Source of the DNA: Candidatus Omnitrophota bacterium
Lineage (GTDB): Bacteria; Omnitrophota; Gorgyraeia; Ghiorseimicrobiales; Ghiorseimicrobiaceae
Assembly (NCBI GenBank): GCA_030681595.1
Contig: JAUXSB010000014.1
Span: 109,071-173,070, forward strand
Length of the DNA stretch: 64,000 bases
Direction: 5' to 3'
Position 1 is the stretch's first letter. Every line of letters starts with the position of its first letter. Shown here piece by piece: positions 50,480-60,326 of the stretch. Under the pieces are notes generated by a model. The model was given only the letters and a program-made list of their open reading frames with translations. It was not told where the DNA came from and did not search any database. The position numbers and the translations under genes were made by a program.

Positions 50480-51112
50480 ATGCAACCAGAACAATATATC
50501 CCGCAGCAATTTGCGGCAGTAAAAGACTCTGATGAAAAAATTATTTGGTCCGGCAAGCCTCTTTTTCTCCCATTTATCCTAAGCGGCGTGCCTTTTCTAA
50601 TCATTGGGCTAATCTGGGGCTCTTTTGATCTTTTCTTTATTTTACAGATAGGAAAAGCTAAGGCAGGCGCAAGCGCCCCTCCCCTTTTCTTCATCATCCC
50701 TTTCTTCTTATTGCACTTATTCCCTTTTTGGGCAAGCATCCTGAATATGATCAGGCTATTCCTCGTCCATCAAAATACCTGCTATGCCATAACCAATAAA
50801 AGATTAATGATGCGCAGCGGCTTCTGGGGCATAGATTTTAAAGCGATTGATTATGATAAAATCTCCGACATTGAAGTAACAGTTAACCCAATTGAAAATA
50901 TGCTGGGCGTCGGCACAATCCGCGCTTTCTCCGGAAGGACAACTTCAAAAGGCACGCATCTTTATGACTCTTTTATCGCTATCGAAAAACCATACGAGGT
51001 TTTTAAAAAAATAAAGGAGGTATCGGTAGATATAAAAACCGACTGGAACTACCCTAATGCCATACGCCCCGATATAAACCCCGGATACAAAACAGAATAT
51101 AAAAAAGACTAA
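50480..51112 (+). CDS. Bacterial PH-domain (bPH_2 / YdbS-YdbT-like, DUF304) membrane protein
   Basis: A TM hairpin followed by a PH-like domain; the pattern matches YdbS-like proteins. Confidence 0.6.
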   Translation: MQPEQYIPQQFAAVKDSDEKIIWSGKPLFLPFILSGVPFLIIGLIWGSFDLFFILQIGKAKAGASAPPLFFIIPFFLLHLFPFWASILNMIRLFLVHQNTCYAITNKRLMMRSGFWGIDFKAIDYDKISDIEVTVNPIENMLGVGTIRAFSGRTTSKGTHLYDSFIAIEKPYEVFKKIKEVSVDIKTDWNYPNAIRPDINPGYKTEYKKD

Positions 51113-51119
51113 ACCATAA

Positions 51120-51815
51120 ATGCAAAATGGCGTAAGGGAGATTTTTTCCGAAGTCCCAAAAACATACGATGCGGTTAACGCTATCTCCACCTTTGGCCTA
51201 GATATCGCATGGCGGAAAAAATTGGCGAAACTTGCGGCGGGATTCGGCGGAGAGCGCTTTCTGGATTTATGCACCGGAACGGCAAAAACCGCCATTTATC
51301 TTAAACAAGCGACAAAAAATAAAACGGAAATATGTGCCGCTGATTTTTCGCTGCCGATGCTGAAAATTGCCCTTACAAAACCACAAGCTAAAAGCATTGA
51401 ATTTATTGCCTGTGACGTAAAAAAACTCCCTTTCCCCGATAACAGCTTTGACGTAGCAACTATCTCTTTCGCCACGCGCAATATTAACATTAACCGAGAA
51501 ATACTAATTTCAACTTTTAAAGAATTCAGGCGTGTTTTAAAACCCGGTGGCTGTTTCCTAAACCTTGAAACCAGCCAGCCGTCATTCTGGATAATAAAAA
51601 AACTCTTTCATCTCTACGTAAAATTATTCGTGCGCCCAATAGGCACCCTGATATCTGGTTCAAAAAAAGCCTATACCTATCTATCAAAAACTATCCCTCG
51701 CTTCTATTCTGCTCAAGAATTAAAAACCCTGCTTGAACAAGCAGGGTTTAAAGAAGTTAACTTTCAAAAACTCCCCCTTGGTATCGCCGCAATTCACATA
51801 GGAAAAAAAACTTAA
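51120..51815 (+). CDS. ubiE: UbiE/MenG-family class I SAM-dependent methyltransferase
   Basis: FLDLCTGTAK is motif I. The N-terminus REIFSEVPKTYDAVN matches the UbiE/COQ5 family. Confidence 0.75.
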   Translation: MQNGVREIFSEVPKTYDAVNAISTFGLDIAWRKKLAKLAAGFGGERFLDLCTGTAKTAIYLKQATKNKTEICAADFSLPMLKIALTKPQAKSIEFIACDVKKLPFPDNSFDVATISFATRNININREILISTFKEFRRVLKPGGCFLNLETSQPSFWIIKKLFHLYVKLFVRPIGTLISGSKKAYTYLSKTIPRFYSAQELKTLLEQAGFKEVNFQKLPLGIAAIHIGKKT

Positions 51816-51888
51816 TCTATTAATGCTTGAATTATTAACTTGAAAAAACTTCCAGAATTAAAAAATCAAGGCCCGGCCCGTTTATTTT

Positions 51889-53196
51889 TTAGCTGGCGAA
51901 TTTAATGAGGCGGGATAATAGTTCGCGGCCGAGAATTTCACCTAAAGAGCCGATCTTGGCGGTCCTTTCAGAAAAGCTCATCGTGCCGTCCGGAGTGATT
52001 CCGCCGCCTGAGATTAAAAGCGGCACAGGATCAGCTGAGTGGGATTTCATTTTACAAGGCGTAGAATGATCAGCGGTTACGCAAACAATACTGTTCTTGA
52101 TGTCTATTTTTTCTAATAAGTTCTTAAAAAAATACTTATCTATCTCCTCAATAGATTGTTTCTTCTTAATAAAGTCCCCGTCATGCGCCGGCTCATCCGG
52201 GCCTTTGATGTGAATATAAAGCCCGTCGTAATCCTTTATTTTTTCCAAAGCGAGTTTTGCCCAGACCGCGTAATCCACGTCTAAGTGGCCGGTGCGCGGC
52301 GGCACATCCACAATCTTTATCCCGGTTAAAAGGGCAATGCCTTTTTCCACCGGCATCTCTACAAAGGAACCAAAATTTATTCCGTAATTTTCAGAAACCG
52401 GAGGAAATTTTGGCAGTCTATCGCCGGCATCACGAGATACTATAATATTTGCCGGCATCTTCCCGAGAGAAACGCGTTTTTTATTTATCGCCGCTTCATT
52501 TAAAACCTTGCGCGATTTTTCGGTAAATTCGTTTAAAAGACGGGCGGCATTTATGGCACTTGGATCCTTTTCATATCCATGATATGGCGCAGCCTCCAAG
52601 ATTTCATTGCCGAATTTTTCAAGAGCGATGCCGAATACTCCTTCTTTTCCGTAGGCAGGATCCGTATTGGTAATCCATCCGGAAAGACGACTACGTATCC
52701 CGCGAATAACCAAAATTCCGCGGTGGCCGATAGTATTTTTAAATTCAAAGGTAGCGTCGGATAAAGTAACTTTGGTGTTTATTTCTTTAGACAAAACCGA
52801 TGCTTCTTCAGTAGTTAGGTTTCTGCCCACCCGGCGGTCAATTATCTTCTTCGTATCGGCGAAAGCGGTAGCAAAATTAACCCGTAAAGCTAAATCACCC
52901 TCGTTAATCACCAAACCTTCGGCATAAGACTCAAGCGGGCCGCGTCCTGTATAATATTTATGCGCGTCATAACCTAACAAGCTGATTACGGCAACGTCTG
53001 ATTCAGGAGCAATACCACGCTCAACCGGATGCACTAAGCCCGTTACGCCGGATTGAGCAAGCCGATCCAAATTCGGCGTAAGCGCTGCCTCAAGCGGAGT
53101 CTTATCGCCTAATTCTTTAATCGGTAAATCCCCTAAACCGTCTAAGATTATGTAAAATATTTTTTTCATGTTTAATAAACTCCGAAATTTTACCAA
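51889..53196 (-). CDS. apgM: 2,3-bisphosphoglycerate-independent phosphoglycerate mutase, archaeal type
   Basis: MKKIFYIILDGLGD, with metal-binding residues typical of the ApgM family. 435 aa. Confidence 0.85.
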   Translation of the reverse strand: MVKFRSLLNMKKIFYIILDGLGDLPIKELGDKTPLEAALTPNLDRLAQSGVTGLVHPVERGIAPESDVAVISLLGYDAHKYYTGRGPLESYAEGLVINEGDLALRVNFATAFADTKKIIDRRVGRNLTTEEASVLSKEINTKVTLSDATFEFKNTIGHRGILVIRGIRSRLSGWITNTDPAYGKEGVFGIALEKFGNEILEAAPYHGYEKDPSAINAARLLNEFTEKSRKVLNEAAINKKRVSLGKMPANIIVSRDAGDRLPKFPPVSENYGINFGSFVEMPVEKGIALLTGIKIVDVPPRTGHLDVDYAVWAKLALEKIKDYDGLYIHIKGPDEPAHDGDFIKKKQSIEEIDKYFFKNLLEKIDIKNSIVCVTADHSTPCKMKSHSADPVPLLISGGGITPDGTMSFSERTAKIGSLGEILGRELLSRLIKFAS

Positions 53197-53206
53197 ACCA
53201 TCTTAT

Positions 53207-53323
53207 CCCGCTTCGTAAGATGCGTTAAAATTATATTCTATAATTTTAACGCGCTTCGCGGGATTAATTCCGGCATACGAATTATATCAGCCTACGGCTC
53301 TCATAATTCGTGCCGTCATTAAC
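53207..53323. repeat. MITE/REP-like element (family 2), copy 2, at the 3' end of nrdJ
   Basis: CCCGCTTCGTAAGATGCG...CGCGCTTCGCGGG ATTAATTCCGGCA tacgaattatatcagcctacggctctcataattcg TGCCGTCATTAA. Confidence 0.6.
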
Positions 53324-55571
53324 ACTTAGTAAACCCACACGCCTGGCACTTAATACATCCTTCTTCATGCCTAAGCGCTCCGCCACAGTCAGGGCAAACA
53401 CCGATGATATTCCATTCTTCTTTTTTCTCGGCATAAACTGTATCTGTATGAGGGCTACCGTGTAATGTTTTATCCAACAGCCTCTTTTCAATTACCCGGG
53501 CAATAGCATCAGCACAAGAAAAAATCCTCGCCCCCTTTTCCCATGATGGAGACGGGCACCTTATGCCCTTTAACTGCTCAATCATTGATTTTAAATCTAT
53601 GCCTGAACGAAGCGCAAGCGATACCAGCCTGCTTATCGCCTCAAGTTGGCTAGCCGCACATCCGCCGGCTTTACCCATCTGAGTAAACACCTCAAAAGGA
53701 CGGCCTTCTCCATCGGAATTTATGGTAACATAAAGATTGCCGCAACCCGTAGACACCTTAGTGGTTGTGCCTAAAGTAACCTCCGGCCTTGGGCGCGGGC
53801 CTACCTTAATACCGGCTATTTCTTTTTCCCTACCAGCAGGCCTGGCTTCAATCTTTCCGATATTTAATACCTGCTCCTGACGGGATTTATCCCGGTAAAT
53901 TGTGACCCCCTTACATCCCATCTGGTATGCCAATAAGTAAGCCGTCTTTACATCGTCAATAGTTGCTTCCTGCGGAAAATTTACGGTTTTACTCACCGCA
54001 TTATCGGTATATTTCTGAAATACTGCCTGCATCTTAATATGCCACTCAGGCGCAATATCATGAGCGGTGACGAATATACGCTTTACATCATCGGGGATTT
54101 CCGCGATATCTTTTGCGCTGCCGCTATCGGCAATCTTTTCCATCAACGCGCGTGAATAAAAACCCCGTTTTTTAGCCGCCTCTTCAAATACGCTTTCAAC
54201 TTCTACCAGCTTATCATTATCCATTACATTTCTGTAATACGAAAGGGCAAAAATCGGCTCAATACCAGAAGAACACGGCCCGGCGATAATACTGATGGTG
54301 CCGGTTGGCGCGACAGTAGTAAGCGTAGCATTACGCATTTTGCCGTTTTTCTTAGCGTAAATACTTTGTTTAAACGCGGGAAATTCCCCTTTTTCTTCGG
54401 CTAAAAGCTTCGATTCTGCGCGCGCCTCTTTTACGATTTCAGACATTATTTTTTCGGCAAGTTTCAGCGCCTCGTCAGAATCATAAGGAATCCCGAGGCG
54501 GCAAAGCAGGCTACCCCAGCCCATTACGCCCAAGCCGATCTTACGCGTCCTCTTGGTATTTTCTTCAATTTCTTTTAAAGGGAATTTATTAATATCAATA
54601 ACATTATCCAGAAACCTTACGGCGATACGCGTTAATTTTTTTAGCTTATCACAGTCAATTTCGTATTTGGCTCCTGATTCTCTTGCCAAGAGAGACAGAT
54701 TAATGGAGCCAAGGTTACAAGACTCATAAGGCAGAAGCACCTGTTCTCCGCAAGGGTTGGTCGATTCATATTCTCCTAAAAATGGAGTGGGATTGAATTC
54801 ATTCATCCGGTCAATAAAAATAACTCCAGGTTCGCCGTTTTTATGCGCCTGCTTTACAATCAAATCAAAAACCTCTTTAGTGTTAAGGCGGCCCACCGGC
54901 TTTTTTGTATGGGGGTCGGTTATATCGTAATCCTCAGCCCTCCCTAACTTCTTCATAAAATCGTCGGTTAAGGATACGGAAATATTAAAATTAGTAATAT
55001 CTTTATTGCTTTCTTTACATTGGATAAATTCTAAAATGTCCGGGTGGTCACACCTTAAAATGCCCATGTTTGCACCGCGCCTGGTTCCACCCTGCTTAAC
55101 TGCCTGTGTTGCCGCGTCAAAAACTTTCATAAAAGAAACCGGCCCGGAAGCAATGCCACCGGTAGATTTAACCATGCTGTTTTTAGGGCGCAGGCGCGAA
55201 AAAGAAAATCCTGTGCCGCCACCGGATTTATGAATGAGGCTTGCGCTCTTTAAAGCCTCAAATATCGCTTCCATAGAATCCTCTATAGGAAGCACATAAC
55301 AGGCAGACAGCTGCCCTAATTCACGGCCGGCATTCATTAAGGTCGGCGAATTAGGCATAAATTCCAAATTAGAAATAATGGAATAAAAGTCCTCTTCTAT
55401 TCTCTTTATATCGGCTGGCTTCTTGCCGTATAACTTTTCTGCCTGCGCTATGGTATGCGCGACACGGCGGAACAAATCTTGCGCACTCTCCATAACCTCG
55501 CCTTCTGCGTTTTTCTTAAGATAACGCCTTTCTAAAACCTTAAGTGCATTGTCAGATAATTTTACAGTCAT
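53319..55571 (-). CDS. nrdJ: Adenosylcobalamin-dependent (class II) ribonucleotide reductase
   Basis: 750 aa. The ten-stranded alpha/beta barrel catalytic core has NPCGEQ; a C-terminal Cys-rich tail is present. Confidence 0.92.
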   Translation of the reverse strand: MTVKLSDNALKVLERRYLKKNAEGEVMESAQDLFRRVAHTIAQAEKLYGKKPADIKRIEEDFYSIISNLEFMPNSPTLMNAGRELGQLSACYVLPIEDSMEAIFEALKSASLIHKSGGGTGFSFSRLRPKNSMVKSTGGIASGPVSFMKVFDAATQAVKQGGTRRGANMGILRCDHPDILEFIQCKESNKDITNFNISVSLTDDFMKKLGRAEDYDITDPHTKKPVGRLNTKEVFDLIVKQAHKNGEPGVIFIDRMNEFNPTPFLGEYESTNPCGEQVLLPYESCNLGSINLSLLARESGAKYEIDCDKLKKLTRIAVRFLDNVIDINKFPLKEIEENTKRTRKIGLGVMGWGSLLCRLGIPYDSDEALKLAEKIMSEIVKEARAESKLLAEEKGEFPAFKQSIYAKKNGKMRNATLTTVAPTGTISIIAGPCSSGIEPIFALSYYRNVMDNDKLVEVESVFEEAAKKRGFYSRALMEKIADSGSAKDIAEIPDDVKRIFVTAHDIAPEWHIKMQAVFQKYTDNAVSKTVNFPQEATIDDVKTAYLLAYQMGCKGVTIYRDKSRQEQVLNIGKIEARPAGREKEIAGIKVGPRPRPEVTLGTTTKVSTGCGNLYVTINSDGEGRPFEVFTQMGKAGGCAASQLEAISRLVSLALRSGIDLKSMIEQLKGIRCPSPSWEKGARIFSCADAIARVIEKRLLDKTLHGSPHTDTVYAEKKEEWNIIGVCPDCGGALRHEEGCIKCQACGFTKC

Positions 55572-55745
55572 GCTTTCACCCCAAAATAGGCTTAAAACAC
55601 CAAAATTTTTTTAACTCTGCCCGGACGTCCCGGCTATTTCTTGCTTTTTCTTACCTCCTGATCCTACAAGGATATGCCTTCCTGTTCCGTTGAAGAAAAA
55701 GCGAATTATAGCATAGCAGCCGAAAAGCAGGCCGTCAAGAGAAAT

Positions 55746-55761
55746 ATACAATATATTGTAT
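55746..55761. promoter_or_regulatory. Candidate NrdR box (16-bp palindrome) about 175 bp upstream of nrdJ
   Basis: ATACAATATATTGTAT versus the NrdR consensus acaCwAtATaTwGtgt. Confidence 0.45.
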
Positions 55762-55841
55762 ATTTTTGATTATTATACCCAATAAGTTGTATTAAACATT
55801 AAAAAATTAAGAACCGGGGAAGGAATATATCAAGCTAATAT

Positions 55842-56804
55842 TTAAGCTTTGGCGTAACCTGACAACTGCTTGATACGTTTGAGCATATTCGGATGCGTAC
55901 TCAAGATTTCAAGAAGCCTGTCGCCAAAATTTAGTTTTAACTGCTTACTATTCAACGCAAATAATTCCGCGGAATCTATGCTTCCGCTCTTATCGAGGTC
56001 AAGTTGCCTTAACTCCGATAATTCTTTAATTGCGCTGGATGGATCATTAACAAAAAATGCCTTAAGCCCCTCGACTTGTCGCAGCTCTTCTTTCGGCGTA
56101 CGCGCTGAACCATAGACTAATTTATAAAGAGCTGAGGCAAGTTTATGCGGAGAATTACCCAACTTTACTGAACCTCGGTCGGCAAAATATTCCCGTATGC
56201 GCGATGCATACAAAACAAGCAGGTTACTTATAAAATAAAGGATTAATGCCGCAATGCCTACCAACATTATTGCCCCTGACGAGCGGTCGTCTCTCCTGCG
56301 GTAGAATAAAATACTGGAAGCTATGCGGTAAAGAATAAAAGGGATTACCGATAAAAGTGTAATAGTCAGGACATCCCTGTTCTTTAAATGCGACATCTCA
56401 TGGCCAAGCACGGCGCGCAATTCATCCCTGTCTACGAGGTTTAAAATTCCGCGGGTAACACAGATACGGCCATCTTTCTTCCAACGCCCAAAGGCAAAAG
56501 CATTGGGAAGAGAAATTTCGGAAATACCGATTCTCGGCACAGGTATCTCTGCGGCACGCGCCAAATTCGCGACCATGGTTCTTAGTTCCGGCTGCTCTCC
56601 TTCCTTTATATACTTAACCCCCATTGACCATTCTACAATTTTTGGGCCGATCATATATTGTATAAAAAGCAACAAGACAGAAAAAATAATATAAAAATTA
56701 ATATCGGAAACGCCTACAGCATAAGCGGCCATCGATACTACGCTATAGATAATCCCAAATAACACCAGCGTCAAAAGAAACATCCTTAATTTTAAGAAAA
56801 ACAT
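55842..56804 (-). CDS. htpX: M48-family zinc metalloprotease HtpX
   Basis: HEMSHLKNRD is the HExxH site. Four TM helices are present. Confidence 0.9.
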   Translation of the reverse strand: MFFLKLRMFLLTLVLFGIIYSVVSMAAYAVGVSDINFYIIFSVLLLFIQYMIGPKIVEWSMGVKYIKEGEQPELRTMVANLARAAEIPVPRIGISEISLPNAFAFGRWKKDGRICVTRGILNLVDRDELRAVLGHEMSHLKNRDVLTITLLSVIPFILYRIASSILFYRRRDDRSSGAIMLVGIAALILYFISNLLVLYASRIREYFADRGSVKLGNSPHKLASALYKLVYGSARTPKEELRQVEGLKAFFVNDPSSAIKELSELRQLDLDKSGSIDSAELFALNSKQLKLNFGDRLLEILSTHPNMLKRIKQLSGYAKA

Positions 56805-56859
56805 GCGTTCCCCCTTAATTCGTTATATTATTTTAATTGTATCAGAAAAATGCCATTTG

Positions 56860-58017
56860 TCAATCGCCAAACGCGTGCGCGGTTTCAACAGAAAGTCGGC
56901 TTATTTTTTCAGAAAACCCGATATCTAATGTGCCGCACCCGCAGGAAGAAGTAATCAGAAATCTATCAATTTTAAGCTTATCTTTTGCCTGCCTGACCCG
57001 ATTGGCTAAATCTTCTTTTATTCCTGCTTTTTGCGCTTCTTCATTGTTAGGGACTATTCCAAAACTCAATATTCCGCCGCGCGCCAAATATTTATCCAGG
57101 GCATCCCGATAAAGCAAGAGATTATCTAAATACCCGTAAGCGTCAAAACTTAAAATATCTAAACCTGTGGATAGAATCAGCGACCAATCAGTATTGCCGC
57201 AGCAATGTATGCCGACAGCTGCGCCTTCGGCATGGGCCGCTTCGATTATTTCATTGAGCGCTGCGATAACGTCTTCTCTTTTTAACGTAAAGAAGCTTAA
57301 ACCGGAGCAGGATAAATACGGCTCATCAATAAAAAGTATAATTTTTAATTTTTCATTTATAATTTTTAATTTTCTTATCTGCCATACTGCCTTCATTGTT
57401 AATAACTTAATCAGGCACTCTTTTAATTCCGAATTATATATTACCGGCTGCTTATCGCTATCTAATAAATTCATTCCCAAGGTAATCGGACCGACAATCT
57501 GGCCCTTTACCCCGTTAGAGATAATTTTTGCAACGTCTATATTGTTCAAATTGTTTTTTATGGAAAGTTGATTTTTGTCCTGCGAATTTAGCGTTAATAA
57601 ACGGTCGTCTTTAGACGACCCATCTCTAACGGGGTTAATTATTTTCTGGCTGCCTAAGCCTTGTAGTTCTTTCAACTTATCGCATAATGCATATAGCCCG
57701 CTGGCGTATTCGGGGCTTATGGAAAAATAATCCAAGTTGCCATCAAGATAATTTTGAAAACATTCTTCTACCTCTCGGCTGAATGACTTTTTTTTGATAT
57801 CTACAAAAATATTTTTATTTTTTAGATCAATTACCACTCCGGGGAGTTTTTCCGAAAACTGCACCATCATCTGCTCTAAGAAGCTTTTTTTGGGTAATTG
57901 CGGCCAAAAGGCAATATCGCCCTTAAAACAGGACAGGACAAAATCCAGCGCTTCTTTTGCGTCTAAATAAGGGAGGCTGCCTATGCCGGTGGCAAAGTTT
58001 TTTTCCAGAGAAAACAT
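56860..58017 (-). CDS. MetE/UroD-like TIM-barrel (cobalamin-independent methionine synthase C-terminal-domain-like) protein, putative methyltransferase
   Basis: IGSLPY near the N-terminus and GIHCCGN (a candidate Zn ligand) are compatible with the family, but the assignment is weak. Confidence 0.4.
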   Translation of the reverse strand: MFSLEKNFATGIGSLPYLDAKEALDFVLSCFKGDIAFWPQLPKKSFLEQMMVQFSEKLPGVVIDLKNKNIFVDIKKKSFSREVEECFQNYLDGNLDYFSISPEYASGLYALCDKLKELQGLGSQKIINPVRDGSSKDDRLLTLNSQDKNQLSIKNNLNNIDVAKIISNGVKGQIVGPITLGMNLLDSDKQPVIYNSELKECLIKLLTMKAVWQIRKLKIINEKLKIILFIDEPYLSCSGLSFFTLKREDVIAALNEIIEAAHAEGAAVGIHCCGNTDWSLILSTGLDILSFDAYGYLDNLLLYRDALDKYLARGGILSFGIVPNNEEAQKAGIKEDLANRVRQAKDKLKIDRFLITSSCGCGTLDIGFSEKISRLSVETAHAFGD

Positions 58018-58049
58018 TTTGAAAGAGGAGTTTATGTGCGGTTTTGGCG

Positions 58050-59048
58050 CTACGCGGATAACGCCCTACAGGAATCGCGGATTATGAGTTTAGTAGGCAA
58101 GGAAAATTTCGAAACCTTGGCCTCGCCTTTCATTAATAAGTCTAATTCCCTTACGGCTATCTGCGCCATTTCCATCAAAGGCTGCCTTATTGTAGTAAGC
58201 GGGACAGAGCCGTATATGCTTACAGGATTGTCATCAAAGCCGATTACTGAAATATTGCCTGGTACCCTCAAGCCATTTTCAATGATTACTGAAATTACTT
58301 CCTGCGCCATATCATCGCTTGCCACGAATATCGCCGTAGGCTTATGCTTTAAAGAGAGAATTTTTTCTGCGGCACCCCTTGCGGACCTACGGGAATAATC
58401 TCCATGCAATACAAATTCTTCTTTAACCGGAATTTTCTTCGCCTTAAAAGCTGAAAAAAAGCCTTGCGTGCGGTCCTTAGCTGCCTGTGTTACAAAACCG
58501 CCGCTTATATAAGCGATATCCTTATGCCCTAAATCAAACAGGTAATTAACCGCATCTATAGCGCCCTGTTTATTATCTATGGCTACACAGGTAACCTCTA
58601 GATCCTGGATTAAGTTGTTCATTACTACCGCAGGAATCTCCAGATTTAATGCCTCTTCTAATTGATGCCTCTCTTTAAAAACCTCGGCAAAAATAATCCC
58701 TCCCACACTAGAAAGGTTCAGGATATTCTTCGGCTCAGTTATATGTAAAAGGATATCCATCTTAATGCTGTCACAAATAGTGCCTATGCCGCGGATTATC
58801 TCAAGGCCGTAATAAGAATAAAAAATCCCTTCGTAGCGCGGGATAACTAAGGCAATGATATTAGACTTTCCTTTAGCTAACTGGCGGGCCATCAGGTTAG
58901 GCTTAAACTTAAGCTTTTTAATTACTTCTTCTACCTTAATGCGCTTTTCCGCCTTTACTGTATCCGCTTTATTGATTACTCGGGACACGGTTGCGCAGGA
59001 TACGCCCGCAAGTTTTGCTACATCTTTAATGCTTACGAATTTAGGCAT
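58050..59048 (-). CDS. LacI-family transcriptional regulator
   Basis: VSIKDVAKLAGVSCATVSRVIN is the helix-turn-helix, followed by a periplasmic-binding-fold domain. Confidence 0.9.
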   Translation of the reverse strand: MPKFVSIKDVAKLAGVSCATVSRVINKADTVKAEKRIKVEEVIKKLKFKPNLMARQLAKGKSNIIALVIPRYEGIFYSYYGLEIIRGIGTICDSIKMDILLHITEPKNILNLSSVGGIIFAEVFKERHQLEEALNLEIPAVVMNNLIQDLEVTCVAIDNKQGAIDAVNYLFDLGHKDIAYISGGFVTQAAKDRTQGFFSAFKAKKIPVKEEFVLHGDYSRRSARGAAEKILSLKHKPTAIFVASDDMAQEVISVIIENGLRVPGNISVIGFDDNPVSIYGSVPLTTIRQPLMEMAQIAVRELDLLMKGEAKVSKFSLPTKLIIRDSCRALSA

Positions 59049-59054
59049 AGTTAT

Positions 59055-60224
59055 TTATCGCGACTTCACTAAATCGCCTACTTTTACCTGCTGGCCGGGT
59101 TCGGTAGATTTTATATCGGCAGCTGAAATATCGCGCCTGACTTGGATTACTTCCACGGAAGCGATTTGCAGCTCATTGCGGTATACATAAAAAATCATTC
59201 CGGTTTTTGCACCAACAGATTCCCCTATATCAACAACCACAAAATTATTTTCTTTATTTACGGCGAGTATACTGCCCGATAGCCTGCTCCTATCCGTATA
59301 CCCCCCCGTATCCCCACCTTGCACCACTATCGGCGGAAGCTCTACAACTTTAGAGCCTTCTTTTGAAGGCCTGCTCGTGTCTGAACGCATAGCCGTCAAT
59401 TGATCTTTAATCCCCACTATGTCTGTCATCCTGTCTTCTAAAACTTGATCTAATTCAGCAATCTTTCTTGCTAAAACCTGCTTATCCGCCTTTAAATCCT
59501 GCATCTGTTTTGACAGCTTTATCTTTTCTGCTGTCTCATCCCTTAACTGTTGCTGCAACACAGAATAATCCTGTTTTATTTTATCAAACTGCTCTGTTAA
59601 TACCTTTTTATCGTTCTTTTCCCTTACCAGCTCTTCAGATAAGGCCTTAGATAACTTCTCGCTATAGGCGATTTGGCGCTCTAAATCCGCCCTCATCTGA
59701 TTGATTTTATTGAGCTCTAACGTTAAATCATTATTCTGCTTAGACAGCTCTTCTGTTTTTATATTCATGCTTTCCAATTGCTGCTTTAAGCCACCGACCT
59801 CTATTTCCAGGCCGGTTTTATCCTTCAGCACCGAACCCCAATAAGAATCTTCCGAAGCAACAGACGCTGCTTCTACCTTAGGCTGCGCCTTCCGCTCTGC
59901 TTCTAATTTAGTAATTTTCTCCATCAGCTCTTCTTTTTGTTTCAGCGCCGCTTCATACCTTTCTTTTAAATCATCGCGCTCGCTGGAAACACCGCCTATT
60001 TCTTTTTGCATGGTGTCTAATTTACTCTGCGCGCCTTTTAAATCTGTTTTGGCCTGATTGAGCAAGGCGGTTAAGCTGTCCCTGTCCTGGATGACTTTCT
60101 TTATCTCTGCCTCATATCTATTTTTCTCTGCCTTAGAGGACTGTATAGACTGGAAGGCGATAAAACCCATAGCCGCCAATCCTATTCCCAGGATAATGAC
60201 AATAAGCTTAATTTTTTTATCCAT
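59055..60224 (-). CDS. Membrane-anchored coiled-coil protein, paralog of 41650-42435
   Basis: N-terminal TM, roughly 280 aa of coiled coil, and the same C-terminal beta domain. Confidence 0.6.
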   Translation of the reverse strand: MDKKIKLIVIILGIGLAAMGFIAFQSIQSSKAEKNRYEAEIKKVIQDRDSLTALLNQAKTDLKGAQSKLDTMQKEIGGVSSERDDLKERYEAALKQKEELMEKITKLEAERKAQPKVEAASVASEDSYWGSVLKDKTGLEIEVGGLKQQLESMNIKTEELSKQNNDLTLELNKINQMRADLERQIAYSEKLSKALSEELVREKNDKKVLTEQFDKIKQDYSVLQQQLRDETAEKIKLSKQMQDLKADKQVLARKIAELDQVLEDRMTDIVGIKDQLTAMRSDTSRPSKEGSKVVELPPIVVQGGDTGGYTDRSRLSGSILAVNKENNFVVVDIGESVGAKTGMIFYVYRNELQIASVEVIQVRRDISAADIKSTEPGQQVKVGDLVKSR

Positions 60225-60326
60225 CTTTTTGCCTCCTCGTATATTTCCTTGCCTTCCTGCTCGTTAGCCTTAGCCTGGCAAGCAGAAACTAAAATAAGGA
60301 AATACTGACCTCTTTTAAAAATAAAA

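Noticed and set aside
55572-55841. Cobalamin riboswitch upstream of nrdJ
   Set aside because: No B12-box-like (GCCACTG-type) conserved core or multi-stem aptamer architecture was recognisable. Only the NrdR-like palindrome and a short CCGGACGTCCGG dyad were seen.
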